From a virus, in the IMG/VR virus record IMGVR_UViG_3300025141_000040, positions 1 to 64,000 of that record: DNA of 64,000 nucleotides. The stretch is one strand, 5' to 3'. Each line of letters starts with the position of its first letter. The first letter of the stretch is position 1. Below the pieces are notes generated by a model. That model worked only from the letters and a program-made list of their open reading frames with translations, was not told the DNA's origin and searched no databases. Shown piece by piece: positions 34,585 through 43,473 of this stretch. Both the position numbers and the translations under genes were made by a program.

Positions 34585-35180
34585 GGCGTACCTCCTTCGC
34601 GGAGCGCCGCGAGCGTGTCGATGGTGAACAGGGCAGTCTCGGGCCAGTCGTCCACGGCGGCGCGACCGGGGCGATCCCCGATCATGCGGCCCTGCTCGGC
34701 CAGCACGTCACACACGGTCTGGTAGATCCGATCCAGGCGGGCCTTGCGTGCGGCCTTGGCGGCGGACACCTGCTCGTACAGGAACAGGGAGGACTCGTAC
34801 CCCTGCGAGACAGCCCAATCCCGCATCGTGTCCAGGGCGGTGCGCCAGCGGCCTGCGGGCTCGGAGGTTGCGATCTCCTCGCGGTGCCCTTGGATCAGGT
34901 AGTAGGCCGTCGCGGTGTGGGACGATCCCCCGCAGCCCCAATAGGCGTGGCCGGGAGCCTTGTAGACCCGCACGGGCGGCTCGCCTCCGGCGAGGTTGTG
35001 GCCCTTGGGGTGCCGGAACACGCCCACGAGGACCAACCCATCCGGTCCGTAGTCCACGCCGGGGGTGCTCGCGCACGCGCCCAAGGCGTCCCCCTTCGGG
35101 GGGTAGACGGGGCCGTAGGTACGTCGGAGGCGACCGGGCGGTCGGAAGCTGACCAGGGGCGGGTTCATGCGTGCTGTCAT
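34581..35180 (-). CDS. Hypothetical protein (199 aa)
   Basis: ATG 35180 (MTARMNPP...) forms an ATGA overlap with the stop of gene 35177..35509. The track extension to 35561 lies in the wrong region. Confidence 0.65.
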   Translation of the reverse strand: MTARMNPPLVSFRPPGRLRRTYGPVYPPKGDALGACASTPGVDYGPDGLVLVGVFRHPKGHNLAGGEPPVRVYKAPGHAYWGCGGSSHTATAYYLIQGHREEIATSEPAGRWRTALDTMRDWAVSQGYESSLFLYEQVSAAKAARKARLDRIYQTVCDVLAEQGRMIGDRPGRAAVDDWPETALFTIDTLAALREGGTP

Positions 35181-35509
35181 GGCAGGGGGCTCTCCAGGCA
35201 GAGCGTGAGCGCGGCCTGCCATTCGGGGGTGCCGGGGTCGGCGTGCTTGTCGGCACACTCGACGGCGGCGTGGTGGAGGTTGTCGTTCATGCGGACCATC
35301 GCGCCCCACATGAGCAGGACGACGACGGTGAACAGAACCAGGGAGAGCGCGGTGCGAACCTGCTGTCCGCTCCACCCGGTCGCAGCCGACCGGAAGTGAA
35401 CCCGCGTGGCTCCGCAGGTATCGCAGGTGTAGGTGCGCCAACCCAGGCTCTCGCGCGTGAGCGTGACCTTGCGGTGCCCGCAGGCGAGGGTTCCAAGGGG
35501 GCCGGTCAC
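35177..35509 (-). CDS. Zinc-ribbon membrane protein (110 aa)
   Basis: GTG 35509 with GAGGAGG 5 nt upstream and a GTGA overlap. Contains C-x-H...CDTCG plus the TM helix ALSLVLFTVVVLLMWGAMV. Confidence 0.65.
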   Translation of the reverse strand: MTGPLGTLACGHRKVTLTRESLGWRTYTCDTCGATRVHFRSAATGWSGQQVRTALSLVLFTVVVLLMWGAMVRMNDNLHHAAVECADKHADPGTPEWQAALTLCLESPLP

Positions 35510-36321
35510 GCAACCTCCTCGACCTTGATCGGGTTGGTTGCGGAGCGGGGGAACCGGGCACCCGTGCCGGAGCGGCGGGCCTCCTCGACCAGTCGTGCTT
35601 TTACGGCGCGAACGATCCGGGGGTCGATGGGCCGGGGCTTGCCCTCGGCGTCGGGAGCCCAAACCCACTCGTCGGGGTCAGCGGAGTCGATGATCGCCTT
35701 GGCCTGCACGCCGCACTCCTCGGCGTACTCGGCGCGGAGCGCGGCGAGCCGCTGCTCGTACCGGACGATCCCGCGCGCCTTCTCCCTGGCCTGTGCCACG
35801 GTCTGCGCGAGGACGTGGTTCGCCTGCTCGGTGCGGTGCTCGGCCGCGTAGCCAACCTCGTAGGCCGCGACGGCGGCGTTGGCGGCTTCGCGGACAGCCT
35901 CGACAACGCCTGCACCGTGGATGACGCCTTCGGCCTCCTCGGCGGTCGGGATGCGTGAGGGGCGCTCCGCGACCAGGGTGACGGTGATCCAGAACGACAG
36001 GCCGTAGCCGCCCATAACTGGGGCACCGCTTTGATCGGTGCCCCAGTCATGGGCGGACACCCGCACGCGCGCATCGACCGGGGTGATCGCGTGCTTGCGG
36101 GTGAAGGCCAGCCGCTTGCCCGCCAGCGCAGCCTTGACCGCTTCGGTCAGGAGGGGGACCGGGCTGAAGTGCCGTTCGCCCCGTTCCTCCCACTGGTCCT
36201 TGCGGAAGATGACCCGGATGGACACGTCGCGCGAGTACACCTTGTCCCTGCGATTGTCGGTACGGTTGTCGGACCCGTGGACGACGATGGATTCGGGGGC
36301 GTCGGGGAAGCTGTAGGTCAT
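35506..36321 (-). CDS. Hypothetical protein (271 aa)
   Basis: GAGGAG 8 nt upstream of ATG 36321. Confidence 0.75.
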   Translation of the reverse strand: MTYSFPDAPESIVVHGSDNRTDNRRDKVYSRDVSIRVIFRKDQWEERGERHFSPVPLLTEAVKAALAGKRLAFTRKHAITPVDARVRVSAHDWGTDQSGAPVMGGYGLSFWITVTLVAERPSRIPTAEEAEGVIHGAGVVEAVREAANAAVAAYEVGYAAEHRTEQANHVLAQTVAQAREKARGIVRYEQRLAALRAEYAEECGVQAKAIIDSADPDEWVWAPDAEGKPRPIDPRIVRAVKARLVEEARRSGTGARFPRSATNPIKVEEVA

Positions 36322-36325
36322 GGTC

Positions 36326-36886
36326 TTACTCCTCGTCGGCGGCGGTGTCGGTGTCGGTGTCGGCGGTGATGCCGCGCTCGGTCAACTCGGCCTCGGTCAA
36401 CTCGGTCCAGCAGAGCCCGCAGATTCCATCCTCCACGGCGTCGGCCGGGTGGTCGCACTCGTCGGGGTTGTCGGAGTCGGGGGCGGCGTCGGCCTTGCCG
36501 CAGTCGGGGCACTCGCCGTCATCGTTGACGTGCTCGATGCTCACGGATGCCCCGCACTTGGAGCACTCGACCGTTTCGGTGTCGTCGGCCGGAACCGCGT
36601 CGGCCGGGGCGTCGTCGGCCGTGTCCCACTCACCGGAGTCGTCGTCGGAGTCGGGGGACTCCCACTCGATCTCGATTGCCTCCACCAGCAACACCCCGCA
36701 ACCCTCGTAGCCGCAGCCGCAGTCGAACCAGACGGTGAAGGCGTCGTTCGTCCAGGCGATTCGCTCGACGGTCACGTCCTTGTCGGAGTCACACGCGCCG
36801 CAGGAGGTATCGAGTCGGTCCCCGATGAAGCGCCGGGTCGCCTCGTCGGCACTCAGGCTGTCAAGGTGGGAGAGGTCTTCACGCAT
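36326..36886 (-). CDS. Acidic multi-CxxC protein (186 aa)
   Basis: ATG 36886 (MREDLSHLD...) with GGAG upstream. Cys clusters at CGAC, CGCGYEGCG, CSKCG, CPDCG and CGLC. First gene downstream of promoter 36945-36973. Confidence 0.65.
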   Translation of the reverse strand: MREDLSHLDSLSADEATRRFIGDRLDTSCGACDSDKDVTVERIAWTNDAFTVWFDCGCGYEGCGVLLVEAIEIEWESPDSDDDSGEWDTADDAPADAVPADDTETVECSKCGASVSIEHVNDDGECPDCGKADAAPDSDNPDECDHPADAVEDGICGLCWTELTEAELTERGITADTDTDTAADEE

Positions 36887-36944
36887 GGTCTGTGCTCCGT
36901 TTGCCGCCTCGGTGGGCGACCCTGTTGTCTCTAACGCTAAGGGC

Positions 36945-36973
36945 ACTCTAACCTACTGTTGCACAAGAGTCAA
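36945..36973 (-). promoter_or_regulatory. Promoter TTGACT-N17-TAGAGT, near-identical to the one at 5069-5096
   Basis: Minus-strand read is TTGACTCTTGTGCAACAGTAGGTTAGAGT. It shares TTGACTCTT and CAACAGT in the same register. Confidence 0.5.
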
Positions 36974-37004
36974 CAACTATCTCACGGCGGGGCGAGATAG
37001 TTGT
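36973..37004. promoter_or_regulatory. 11-bp perfect inverted repeat ACAACTATCTC-N10-GAGATAGTTGT (operator candidate)
   Basis: Abuts the -35 of promoter 36945-36973. A related AGATAACTGTTGACA overlaps the -35 at 37106. Confidence 0.4.
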
Positions 37005-37105
37005 CAGGGCCACTCGACGGCGTGCTCGGGGGCATGTGGCCCGTCGTCAACGCCTACATCCCCGGCGGACCCGGCAACTATTTTACCCGTAACGGTAGAT
37101 AACTG

Positions 37106-37134
37106 TTGACAACCCTTCCCCACGGGTGTACTCG
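37106..37134 (+). promoter_or_regulatory. Weak promoter TTGACA-N17-TACTCG (alternative -10 TAGACT at 37182-37187) for gene 37211..37777
   Basis: Consensus -35 but a poor -10. Confidence 0.3.
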
Positions 37135-37210
37135 CGTGTGCGTGCGCGCGTCTATCCTATGAACAGGCCGTGCTCGGGGCGTAGACTGCCGGGAGATCGG
37201 AGCCCGCATC

Positions 37211-37777
37211 ATGGAACGCACAGTCGAGTACGCAGAGGGTGAGGTTGTTGACGGCCCCGGCCCGATCACGCTTCACTTTGAGGAGCAACCGGAGCCGGAG
37301 GAGGTCGGCCCCTGGTATCCCATGTGGGCACCGTGGCTGCTGTGGATCGTCGTGGTCGCTGCGCTCGTCATGGCCCTGGCGGAATGGCCGAAGCGGCTGT
37401 GGTTCAAGCCCGCCCCCGGCGAGCCTCCGACAACGGGGCTTCAGAAAATGTGGAAGGCCGCGCGTGGGGAGAAAGCGAAGATCGGATTGCTCGCTCCGCT
37501 GCTCGCGTTGCTCGGCGCAGGCATCGGCGGTCCTGCGTATCACGCGGCGGGCCTGATGGAGTCGTGGTTCCTGTGCCTCCTGCTCGGAGCCGGGACCGGC
37601 ATCCTGTCCGCGCCGATCTACGATCACGTCGTCCTGCCGCTGCTCGACCTCCCGGCGAAGCTGCTCGGGAAGGGTGCTGCCGCTGCCGCCCCGGAGCCAG
37701 AGCCGGAGATCGCAGACACGCAGGACGTTCCCGCCGTGGAACCCCCGGAGGGGTTCGGCGGGGGTCCGTTGGACTGA
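37211..37777 (+). CDS. Membrane protein with about 3 TM helices
   Basis: Helices WAPWLLWIVVVAALVMAL, IGLLAPLLALLGAGIGG and WFLCLLLGAGTGILSAPIY. GGAG upstream. Confidence 0.7.
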   Translation: MERTVEYAEGEVVDGPGPITLHFEEQPEPEEVGPWYPMWAPWLLWIVVVAALVMALAEWPKRLWFKPAPGEPPTTGLQKMWKAARGEKAKIGLLAPLLALLGAGIGGPAYHAAGLMESWFLCLLLGAGTGILSAPIYDHVVLPLLDLPAKLLGKGAAAAAPEPEPEIADTQDVPAVEPPEGFGGGPLD

Positions 37778-37844
37778 ATCGGGCGGGGGCTGGGATCAGC
37801 CTTTCCCCAACCACCCCTCTTACCTGCTGCGGACCCGGCTGAAG

Positions 37845-38582
37845 CTACGCGGGCGGGCCGACCGGGTTGCCGTCCGCGTCGATGACCTCGGTGGGCGTGA
37901 CCGGCTTGCCCGCGCCGTTGTCCGACGTGGAGGAGGCGCGGCGCTTCGCGGCCTTGCGCTTCGCGGGGGCCTTGCGCTTCGCGGGGGCCTTGCGCTTGCG
38001 CTTCGGTCGCGCCTCCTGCGGCTCCGACTCCGTGCTGGGGGCCTCGATCACCTGCTCGCCAGCCTCCATGCGGTCGAACAACTCGTGCGGGTCTGCGCCA
38101 CCGAGATCCGCGCCGGGTTCCGCGTCGAAGTCGAAGTCCGCTTCCGCGTCGTCCTCCTCGTCATCGTCCACGAAGTCACCGAAGTCGTCGTCGTCCACGA
38201 AGTCATCGTCCACGAAGCGGTCATCCCCGTTGAACGCGGCGGCGTCCGCGAAGGCCACGGGGGGGTTGGCGTTCAACGCCTTCAACTCCTCCACGGTGAG
38301 CCGGGTGCCCGTGCGGACGGAACCCAAGTGGTCCTCGATCCGGGCCAGGAGGCGGCGCTGCGCGTCCCCCAGGATCAAGGCGTTGTAGGCCATGCGGTCG
38401 CGCAGGTACTCCTTGACCCCGCCGTCCAGGGCTTCCCACTGATCCACGGCCTCGTTGAGTCCTTCCGTGTCGCGGGCGTTCGCTTCCAGCAACGCCAGCG
38501 GTGCGAGCGCACGAACCTGCGTGAGTGCCGGGTGGTCGATCTTCCAGGCGGGCATGTTCGGTCGTCGGGTCTTGCGAGCCAT
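37845..38582 (-). CDS. Hypothetical protein with acidic DDDFVDDDDFGDFVDDDEEDD block and KRKAPAKRKAPAKRK basic repeat
   Basis: TAATG stop/start overlap with the upstream gene. 245 aa. Confidence 0.75.
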   Translation of the reverse strand: MARKTRRPNMPAWKIDHPALTQVRALAPLALLEANARDTEGLNEAVDQWEALDGGVKEYLRDRMAYNALILGDAQRRLLARIEDHLGSVRTGTRLTVEELKALNANPPVAFADAAAFNGDDRFVDDDFVDDDDFGDFVDDDEEDDAEADFDFDAEPGADLGGADPHELFDRMEAGEQVIEAPSTESEPQEARPKRKRKAPAKRKAPAKRKAAKRRASSTSDNGAGKPVTPTEVIDADGNPVGPPA

Positions 38583-40435
38583 TAGTCAGTCTCCTCTCCG
38601 GGGTCACCGGAAGTCGGGGGGGTCGGGGCGTCAGCCTCAGTGGGGGGTTCGGACGCGAGCGGGATTGCTGCTTCCAGGGGATCGGGTCCAGTAACGATGC
38701 CGCCCGTGGCGACCATCATTTCTGCAAGGCCGACTACCTGCTCCACGTTCCCCGATTCGCGGAGGTAGGCACGAACGGCCGGGTTGTTCAAGGCCGCTGC
38801 GAGGTCGGGGCGATTCTCTACCCATGCGGCGACGGATTCTACCGCCTGTGGGTCTACCGTCGAGATTGGCTGCTGCTGCCCTCCGTTGGCGGGGGCCTCG
38901 ACGTAGGGGCGAGGGTGTGGGACGTCGGCGGTGCGCCCACGCGGCTCCGCGTAGTCGTCGGGCTCGTACTCCCACACCTGTTCGCGTCCGCCACCGTTGC
39001 CGTTGTTGTAGCCGTCATCGGCCTCCTCGGCTCCGGCTTCTCCGACGAGGTTCTGGCCCCGCGTCAACAGGACACGCGCGAGGAGCCCACCCTGCTCAAT
39101 GGCGGTCTTGCCGAGCACGGCGCGGGTGGAGGTCTTGTCCTGATTGTTCGCAGCCTCGACCGCCTTTTCGGCTTCCATGAGTCGGAGCCCCTGGATCGTT
39201 TCGACCAACTCGCCCTCACGGATGCGGGCGTCCCCGAGCATCCCGGCGACCTGATTCATCGCCTCCGCGCTCATTTTGTTGATCGACTTCGCCGTGTTGA
39301 GGACGTGGGCGGCGAAGGCGCGGTGGAGCCCGTGCAGATGCAGGATCGTGCGAACCTCGTAGGGAGGAGCCCCGCGTGGCCCGCCCTTACGCTGCGCGTT
39401 GCGCTTCACCTTGTCCGCCTCACGCACCACCAGATCGGTTGTGCGCTTGCCGGGGTTCCTGACGACTTCGTTGAGATCGTCCTGCTCCTCCGGGGTCAAC
39501 CCGAAGTCTTCGGGACCGTCCAGATCGTCCAGATCGATCTCCATCCCCAGGTCATCGTTGTGTCCAGTCATCAAAAGCTCCGCAATGGCATTCTCGTCGT
39601 CGTCAAGATCGCCCCAGGACAGGTGCGGGGCCGAGGGGTCACTGACGGCGGCGTCATTAAAGTCGTCGTCGGCGTGCGGCGGCGAAGGGGTAGAGGGGAT
39701 GGAAGGGGGGACAGGTTGCGGGTTGACGCCGCTTCGGTACGTCGGCCGTGGGGGCGGGGACGCCTGCGAGGCGTAGGGAAGGATCACGCTCCACAACTGT
39801 GTGGCCCCGGTGGGCTGGTAGACGCGCAACCGGAAGGTCGCGCGCTCCCCGAGCGGCGTGTTGTCCTCCAAAGTCTTCAGCAACCAGCCCCGAATGGCCG
39901 CGAGGCAGTCGTCGGTGGAGATCGTCGGCTCCGTCGCGGCCGGAACAACAGGTACGGCGGCGGGCACGGGCGCTTCTACGTCGTCATCGCCTGCGTCGTC
40001 ATCGTCTACGCCTTCGTCGTCCGTGTCGGCGTCGTCATCACCGTCGTCGTCGGTGTCGTCGTCCACACCCTCTGCGTCGTTACCGTCCGCATCGGCGGCG
40101 TCGAGATCGTCCTCGTCTGGATCGTCCTCGTCTGGATCGTTGTCCACCGGGAGCGCGAGTGCCGGGGCGAAGTCATCATCGTCGGGAGCAGCGGCCGGGG
40201 TGGGCTGTGACAGCTTGGCGATGGTCTGCCGGTAGCGATCCTCACCGACTGGATCGGCGGGGCCGTTCTCCAACCAGTACGCGACCATGCGGGGCGTGAC
40301 GTTGAACCGCCCGATCTGCGCCCCGGTGCGATCCTTGTAGTAGCTCTGAAGGGTCAGGTAGCCGATCTGGTCCGCGAGGGACGCAAGCATGTGCCGGATG
40401 GTCGGCCACTTGCTGATCGGATCGGGGTTGCTCAT
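38582..40435 (-). CDS. Large acidic hypothetical protein (617 aa)
   Basis: Open 1.85-kb frame. Long D/E-rich tracts (DPDEDDPDEDD) sit between ordered segments. The opposite-strand ORF 38525..40210 is a shadow. Confidence 0.8.
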   Translation of the reverse strand: MSNPDPISKWPTIRHMLASLADQIGYLTLQSYYKDRTGAQIGRFNVTPRMVAYWLENGPADPVGEDRYRQTIAKLSQPTPAAAPDDDDFAPALALPVDNDPDEDDPDEDDLDAADADGNDAEGVDDDTDDDGDDDADTDDEGVDDDDAGDDDVEAPVPAAVPVVPAATEPTISTDDCLAAIRGWLLKTLEDNTPLGERATFRLRVYQPTGATQLWSVILPYASQASPPPRPTYRSGVNPQPVPPSIPSTPSPPHADDDFNDAAVSDPSAPHLSWGDLDDDENAIAELLMTGHNDDLGMEIDLDDLDGPEDFGLTPEEQDDLNEVVRNPGKRTTDLVVREADKVKRNAQRKGGPRGAPPYEVRTILHLHGLHRAFAAHVLNTAKSINKMSAEAMNQVAGMLGDARIREGELVETIQGLRLMEAEKAVEAANNQDKTSTRAVLGKTAIEQGGLLARVLLTRGQNLVGEAGAEEADDGYNNGNGGGREQVWEYEPDDYAEPRGRTADVPHPRPYVEAPANGGQQQPISTVDPQAVESVAAWVENRPDLAAALNNPAVRAYLRESGNVEQVVGLAEMMVATGGIVTGPDPLEAAIPLASEPPTEADAPTPPTSGDPGEETD

Positions 40436-40440
40436 GCGCG

Positions 40441-40728
40441 TCAGCCCCGGTTGTCGTTGTCGGAGTCGCCGTCGTCACCCCGGAACAGGCTCCCGAGCAG
40501 ATCGCCCAGGTCATTCCCGAGGTCTTCAGCCAATTCGGTCAGCGGTGTAGCCGCTTTCAGCCCGAGCGCGACCGTTCCGGCCCCGATTGCCTGCGAAATG
40601 TTGTGCGCGGCGTCCCTTGTAGCCTGCGAAGCGGCCCCCGCCATATCCTCCTGCATCTTGCGGAGAGCCTTTTGACGATCTTCCGCCGTGTGAACACGTC
40701 GCGTTTTCTGGCCGTCGTCGTCGTTCAT
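40441..40728 (-). CDS. Hypothetical protein (95 aa)
   Basis: GGAGA 4 nt upstream of ATG 40728. First gene of the leftward module, next to the 410-bp control region. Confidence 0.65.
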   Translation of the reverse strand: MNDDDGQKTRRVHTAEDRQKALRKMQEDMAGAASQATRDAAHNISQAIGAGTVALGLKAATPLTELAEDLGNDLGDLLGSLFRGDDGDSDNDNRG

Positions 40729-41138
40729 GCGTTCTCCGGGTTACGCCGGGGAGAAATCTGCCAGATCCGGGGGTTGAACGCCAGCTTACAGCTTACGACA
40801 AGGCCCAAAAACTCAGTAAGTCGCCCGCAAAGTGTGAAAAAACGTAGTTGGCACGGGGGAGTAAGCAGCGTGAACAGGTTTTCGCTTCATTTACGGGCGG
40901 GTTTTCCTGCGCGGTGCAAATCGGCGCAAGCGGTAGTCGCTTTACAGGGCATGTAAGTCGTTTACCGCGTGCAGGTGAGGGGCCATTCTTTCTGCGACCC
41001 GCGCCGCAGAAGGTGTGAACGGCCAGTGGCCGACGCCCCGTGACCACCCGGATTTCCCTGGGACCATGAGGCACAACGCGAAAGCGAGCCCCGCGAGGGG
41101 CAGGGACAGAGCCCCCAGGGGCCGAAGGAACGAATCTC
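40729..41138. promoter_or_regulatory. 410-bp divergent control region between the leftward module and the rightward late block
   Basis: No credible ORF. Lower GC with A-runs. GTAAGTCG at 40816-40823 and 40953-40960, GTAAGC at 40861, and TTACAG x2. I could not place a consensus sigma70 promoter. Confidence 0.45.
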
Positions 41139-41711
41139 ATGGCCGGTGCCCTTTCTGTTGCCAAGACCTCGGGAAGCTCCACGCGGGGCAAGACCTCGAC
41201 CCGTGGACGCAAGACCACCACGCGCGGCAAGTCCAGCCCCGCCGCCAACTACGAGCGGCTGCGGAACCGGATCGCCAAGGCGTCCTCGCAGTACAAGGAG
41301 GGCGTGTCGCAGACCGTCCACGTCGCGGAAACGCAGGGCTCCCTGGCGCTGGCCGCGTTCGCGGCGGGCTACCTCGGCCCCGCCAAGATGCGGATCTTCA
41401 ACTCGCCCCTCGGTGACGTGCGCCTCCTCGCGGGTGCGGGCCTCCTCGGCTTCGGGCTGATGAACGCATTTGACGGCTCCGTCAAGGGCGGCATGGCCGC
41501 GAACCACATGCTCGCGCTCGGCTCCGGCCTGCTCGGTGCGGTGGTCTACGAGCACGCCCACAACGCGGGCGTCGAGCTTGCCGCCAAGAAGGGCAAGTCC
41601 GCCACCGCCACCAAGGGCTTCTCGGGACGCCGCCCGGTGCTGGTGTCCGGCCACGACTACGACAACTTCGGCAACGGCCAGCGCGTCGGAGCCCGCCTCC
41701 GCGCCCGCTAG
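41139..41711 (+). CDS. Membrane protein (about 3 TM) with Ser/Thr/Arg/Lys-rich N-tail; first gene of the rightward late block
   Basis: GAAGGAA 8 nt upstream. Helices LALAAFAAGYLG, LLAGAGLLGFGLMNAF and MLALGSGLLGAVVY. Confidence 0.75.
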   Translation: MAGALSVAKTSGSSTRGKTSTRGRKTTTRGKSSPAANYERLRNRIAKASSQYKEGVSQTVHVAETQGSLALAAFAAGYLGPAKMRIFNSPLGDVRLLAGAGLLGFGLMNAFDGSVKGGMAANHMLALGSGLLGAVVYEHAHNAGVELAAKKGKSATATKGFSGRRPVLVSGHDYDNFGNGQRVGARLRAR

Positions 41712-41747
41712 GGCCGGAAGCGACTTCGACCCACTAGGGAGACACGA

Positions 41748-43439
41748 ATGAGTCCGACCCCCCGCGCACCTGACGGCTACCACTACCTCGGTGTGGCACC
41801 CGTTGAGATCGACGCGGGGGGTCGCGCCCATGTTTCCCGAGAAAACCTCCGGTTCGCACCGGAGTTTGGCGGCGCAGCCGCCACGAAAGGCTCTGGCGTT
41901 ATGGGAATCATCGGCAATGCACTCGGGGGAACCCTCGACTTCCTTTCTGGAAACCCGGATGCTGACGCGGACGGCGATCTGGCCGACGATTTCGGCGGGG
42001 ACAACGCCAGCGTGGTCCGTGCCTGGATGAAGGGCAAGTACGCGCAGTCCGGCACGATGCGGACGGACGGCACGAACCTCTGGTCCTACGCGCTGCTGAT
42101 CGGCACGACGGACGGCAGCGGCGGGAAGGTGGTCTACAACCACCGTTCCAGTCAGACCACCAACCGCCACATCAACCTCGCTCGGCAGTACGCCCACGCG
42201 ACCCTGCCCGCACCGTTCGGCGGCAACCCCGATGCTGACGCGGACGGCGATCTCGCGGACGACTTCGGGGACGAGCACTACGAAGACTTCGGCAAGCGGA
42301 AGCGGCGGAAGCGGCGGAAGCGGAAGCGCGGCAAGCGGCGAGCGCCCAAGGCCCTGTCCCCCAAGGTGGTCAAGCAGAAGCTCGGTAAGCACCTTAAAGG
42401 CAAGAAGTGGACGAAGGGCGACAAGCTCTACATCACCTTCGCCGCCAGCCTAAACAAGAAGCAAGCCGCCAAGGTCGCGGGCAGGAGGCTGAAGAAGAAG
42501 GGGATCAAGTACGAGGGCGGGATCTCCCTGTACCTGTACGGCGTGTTCCCCGCGCCCCCCTTCTTCCCCCTCCCTCCCCTTACCCCCATTGGCCTCTGGC
42601 GAGCCCAGGTCGGGCGACCGGGTTCCACGGCGAAGGCCGTCCAGTCGGCCAAGGCCAGCAAGGGCGGCGGCAAGGGCGACAGCATCGTGCCGGAGCCCGC
42701 GCAGGGTGCGCTGAAGTCGATCCCCGGCCGGGAAGGCGGCAACGTCACCCCCGATTGGGCGCAGGACCACCTCACCCCCGATGCGGGTGGTGGTGGCGGC
42801 GGTGGCGGCGAGGACGCTGCGGTCGAGGCGCGGTATCAGTCCGCGATCCAGCGGCTCCTGGCCGACGAGTTTGGCCTCGCGTTCGTGGACCTCTCGGGAG
42901 ACGGACAAATGGACGACTACGACGACTTCGGTGACGACGACTACGACGACTTCGGTGACGACGACTACGACGACTTCGGCAGCGATGACGAGTACATCGA
43001 CCTCGGCAGCGATGACGATTTCGATGACTTCAGCCGCAAGATGCTGACGAAGCCGCAGGGTGGCGGTCGGAAGCGGCGCAGCAGCGGTCGGAAGCGGCGC
43101 AGCAGCGGTCGGAAGCGGCGCAGCAGCGGTCGGAAGCGACCTACATCGCGCCCGCGTGCGTGCCTCCGGTTCAAGCGGAGTCCCGCCCGCCGACTGCTCG
43201 GCGCGATCCACCGTGCGTGGCGGGCGGAAGCGGGCGTCGGACGCGGAAAACTGAGCCAACGACACAAGGCGGCGTGGATCTCCTACATGGTGAGCTACAC
43301 GCCACAGAGCAAGGACGAGGAGCGCATGAAGCGTGGATTCCTCCGCTGCCAGAAGGCGCTCGGGAACCTCCCGAGTACGAGTACGGGTGGTGACCCCTAC
43401 GCCAGCTACCTCGGTGGCGGCTGCGGGTGCGGCCGGTAG
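41748..43439 (+). CDS. Repeat-rich ORFan (563 aa) with alternating acidic and poly-Arg/Lys blocks
   Basis: GGGAGA 5 nt upstream. Repeats: GNPDADADGDLADDFG x2, KRKRRKRRKRKRGKRR, DDYDDFGD x3, GRKRRSS x3.5. Confidence 0.8.
   Translation: MSPTPRAPDGYHYLGVAPVEIDAGGRAHVSRENLRFAPEFGGAAATKGSGVMGIIGNALGGTLDFLSGNPDADADGDLADDFGGDNASVVRAWMKGKYAQSGTMRTDGTNLWSYALLIGTTDGSGGKVVYNHRSSQTTNRHINLARQYAHATLPAPFGGNPDADADGDLADDFGDEHYEDFGKRKRRKRRKRKRGKRRAPKALSPKVVKQKLGKHLKGKKWTKGDKLYITFAASLNKKQAAKVAGRRLKKKGIKYEGGISLYLYGVFPAPPFFPLPPLTPIGLWRAQVGRPGSTAKAVQSAKASKGGGKGDSIVPEPAQGALKSIPGREGGNVTPDWAQDHLTPDAGGGGGGGGEDAAVEARYQSAIQRLLADEFGLAFVDLSGDGQMDDYDDFGDDDYDDFGDDDYDDFGSDDEYIDLGSDDDFDDFSRKMLTKPQGGGRKRRSSGRKRRSSGRKRRSSGRKRPTSRPRACLRFKRSPARRLLGAIHRAWRAEAGVGRGKLSQRHKAAWISYMVSYTPQSKDEERMKRGFLRCQKALGNLPSTSTGGDPYASYLGGGCGCGR
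42912..42983 (+). repeat. Tandem 24-bp coding repeat x3 (DDYDDFGD)
   Basis: GACGACTACGACGACTTCGGTGAC repeated. The third copy ends GGCAGC. Confidence 0.9.
43065..43139 (+). repeat. Tandem 21-bp coding repeat x3.5 (GRKRRSS)
   Basis: GGTCGGAAGCGGCGCAGCAGC in three perfect copies plus a partial fourth. Confidence 0.9.
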
Positions 43440-43456
43440 AACAACGAGAGAACCCG

Positions 43457-43473
43457 AGGCGGGTGGTCCGCCT
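43457..43473 (+). terminator. Hairpin AGGCGG-GTGGT-CCGCCT after gene 41748..43439
   Basis: 6-bp stem located 18 nt after the stop. Confidence 0.3.
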
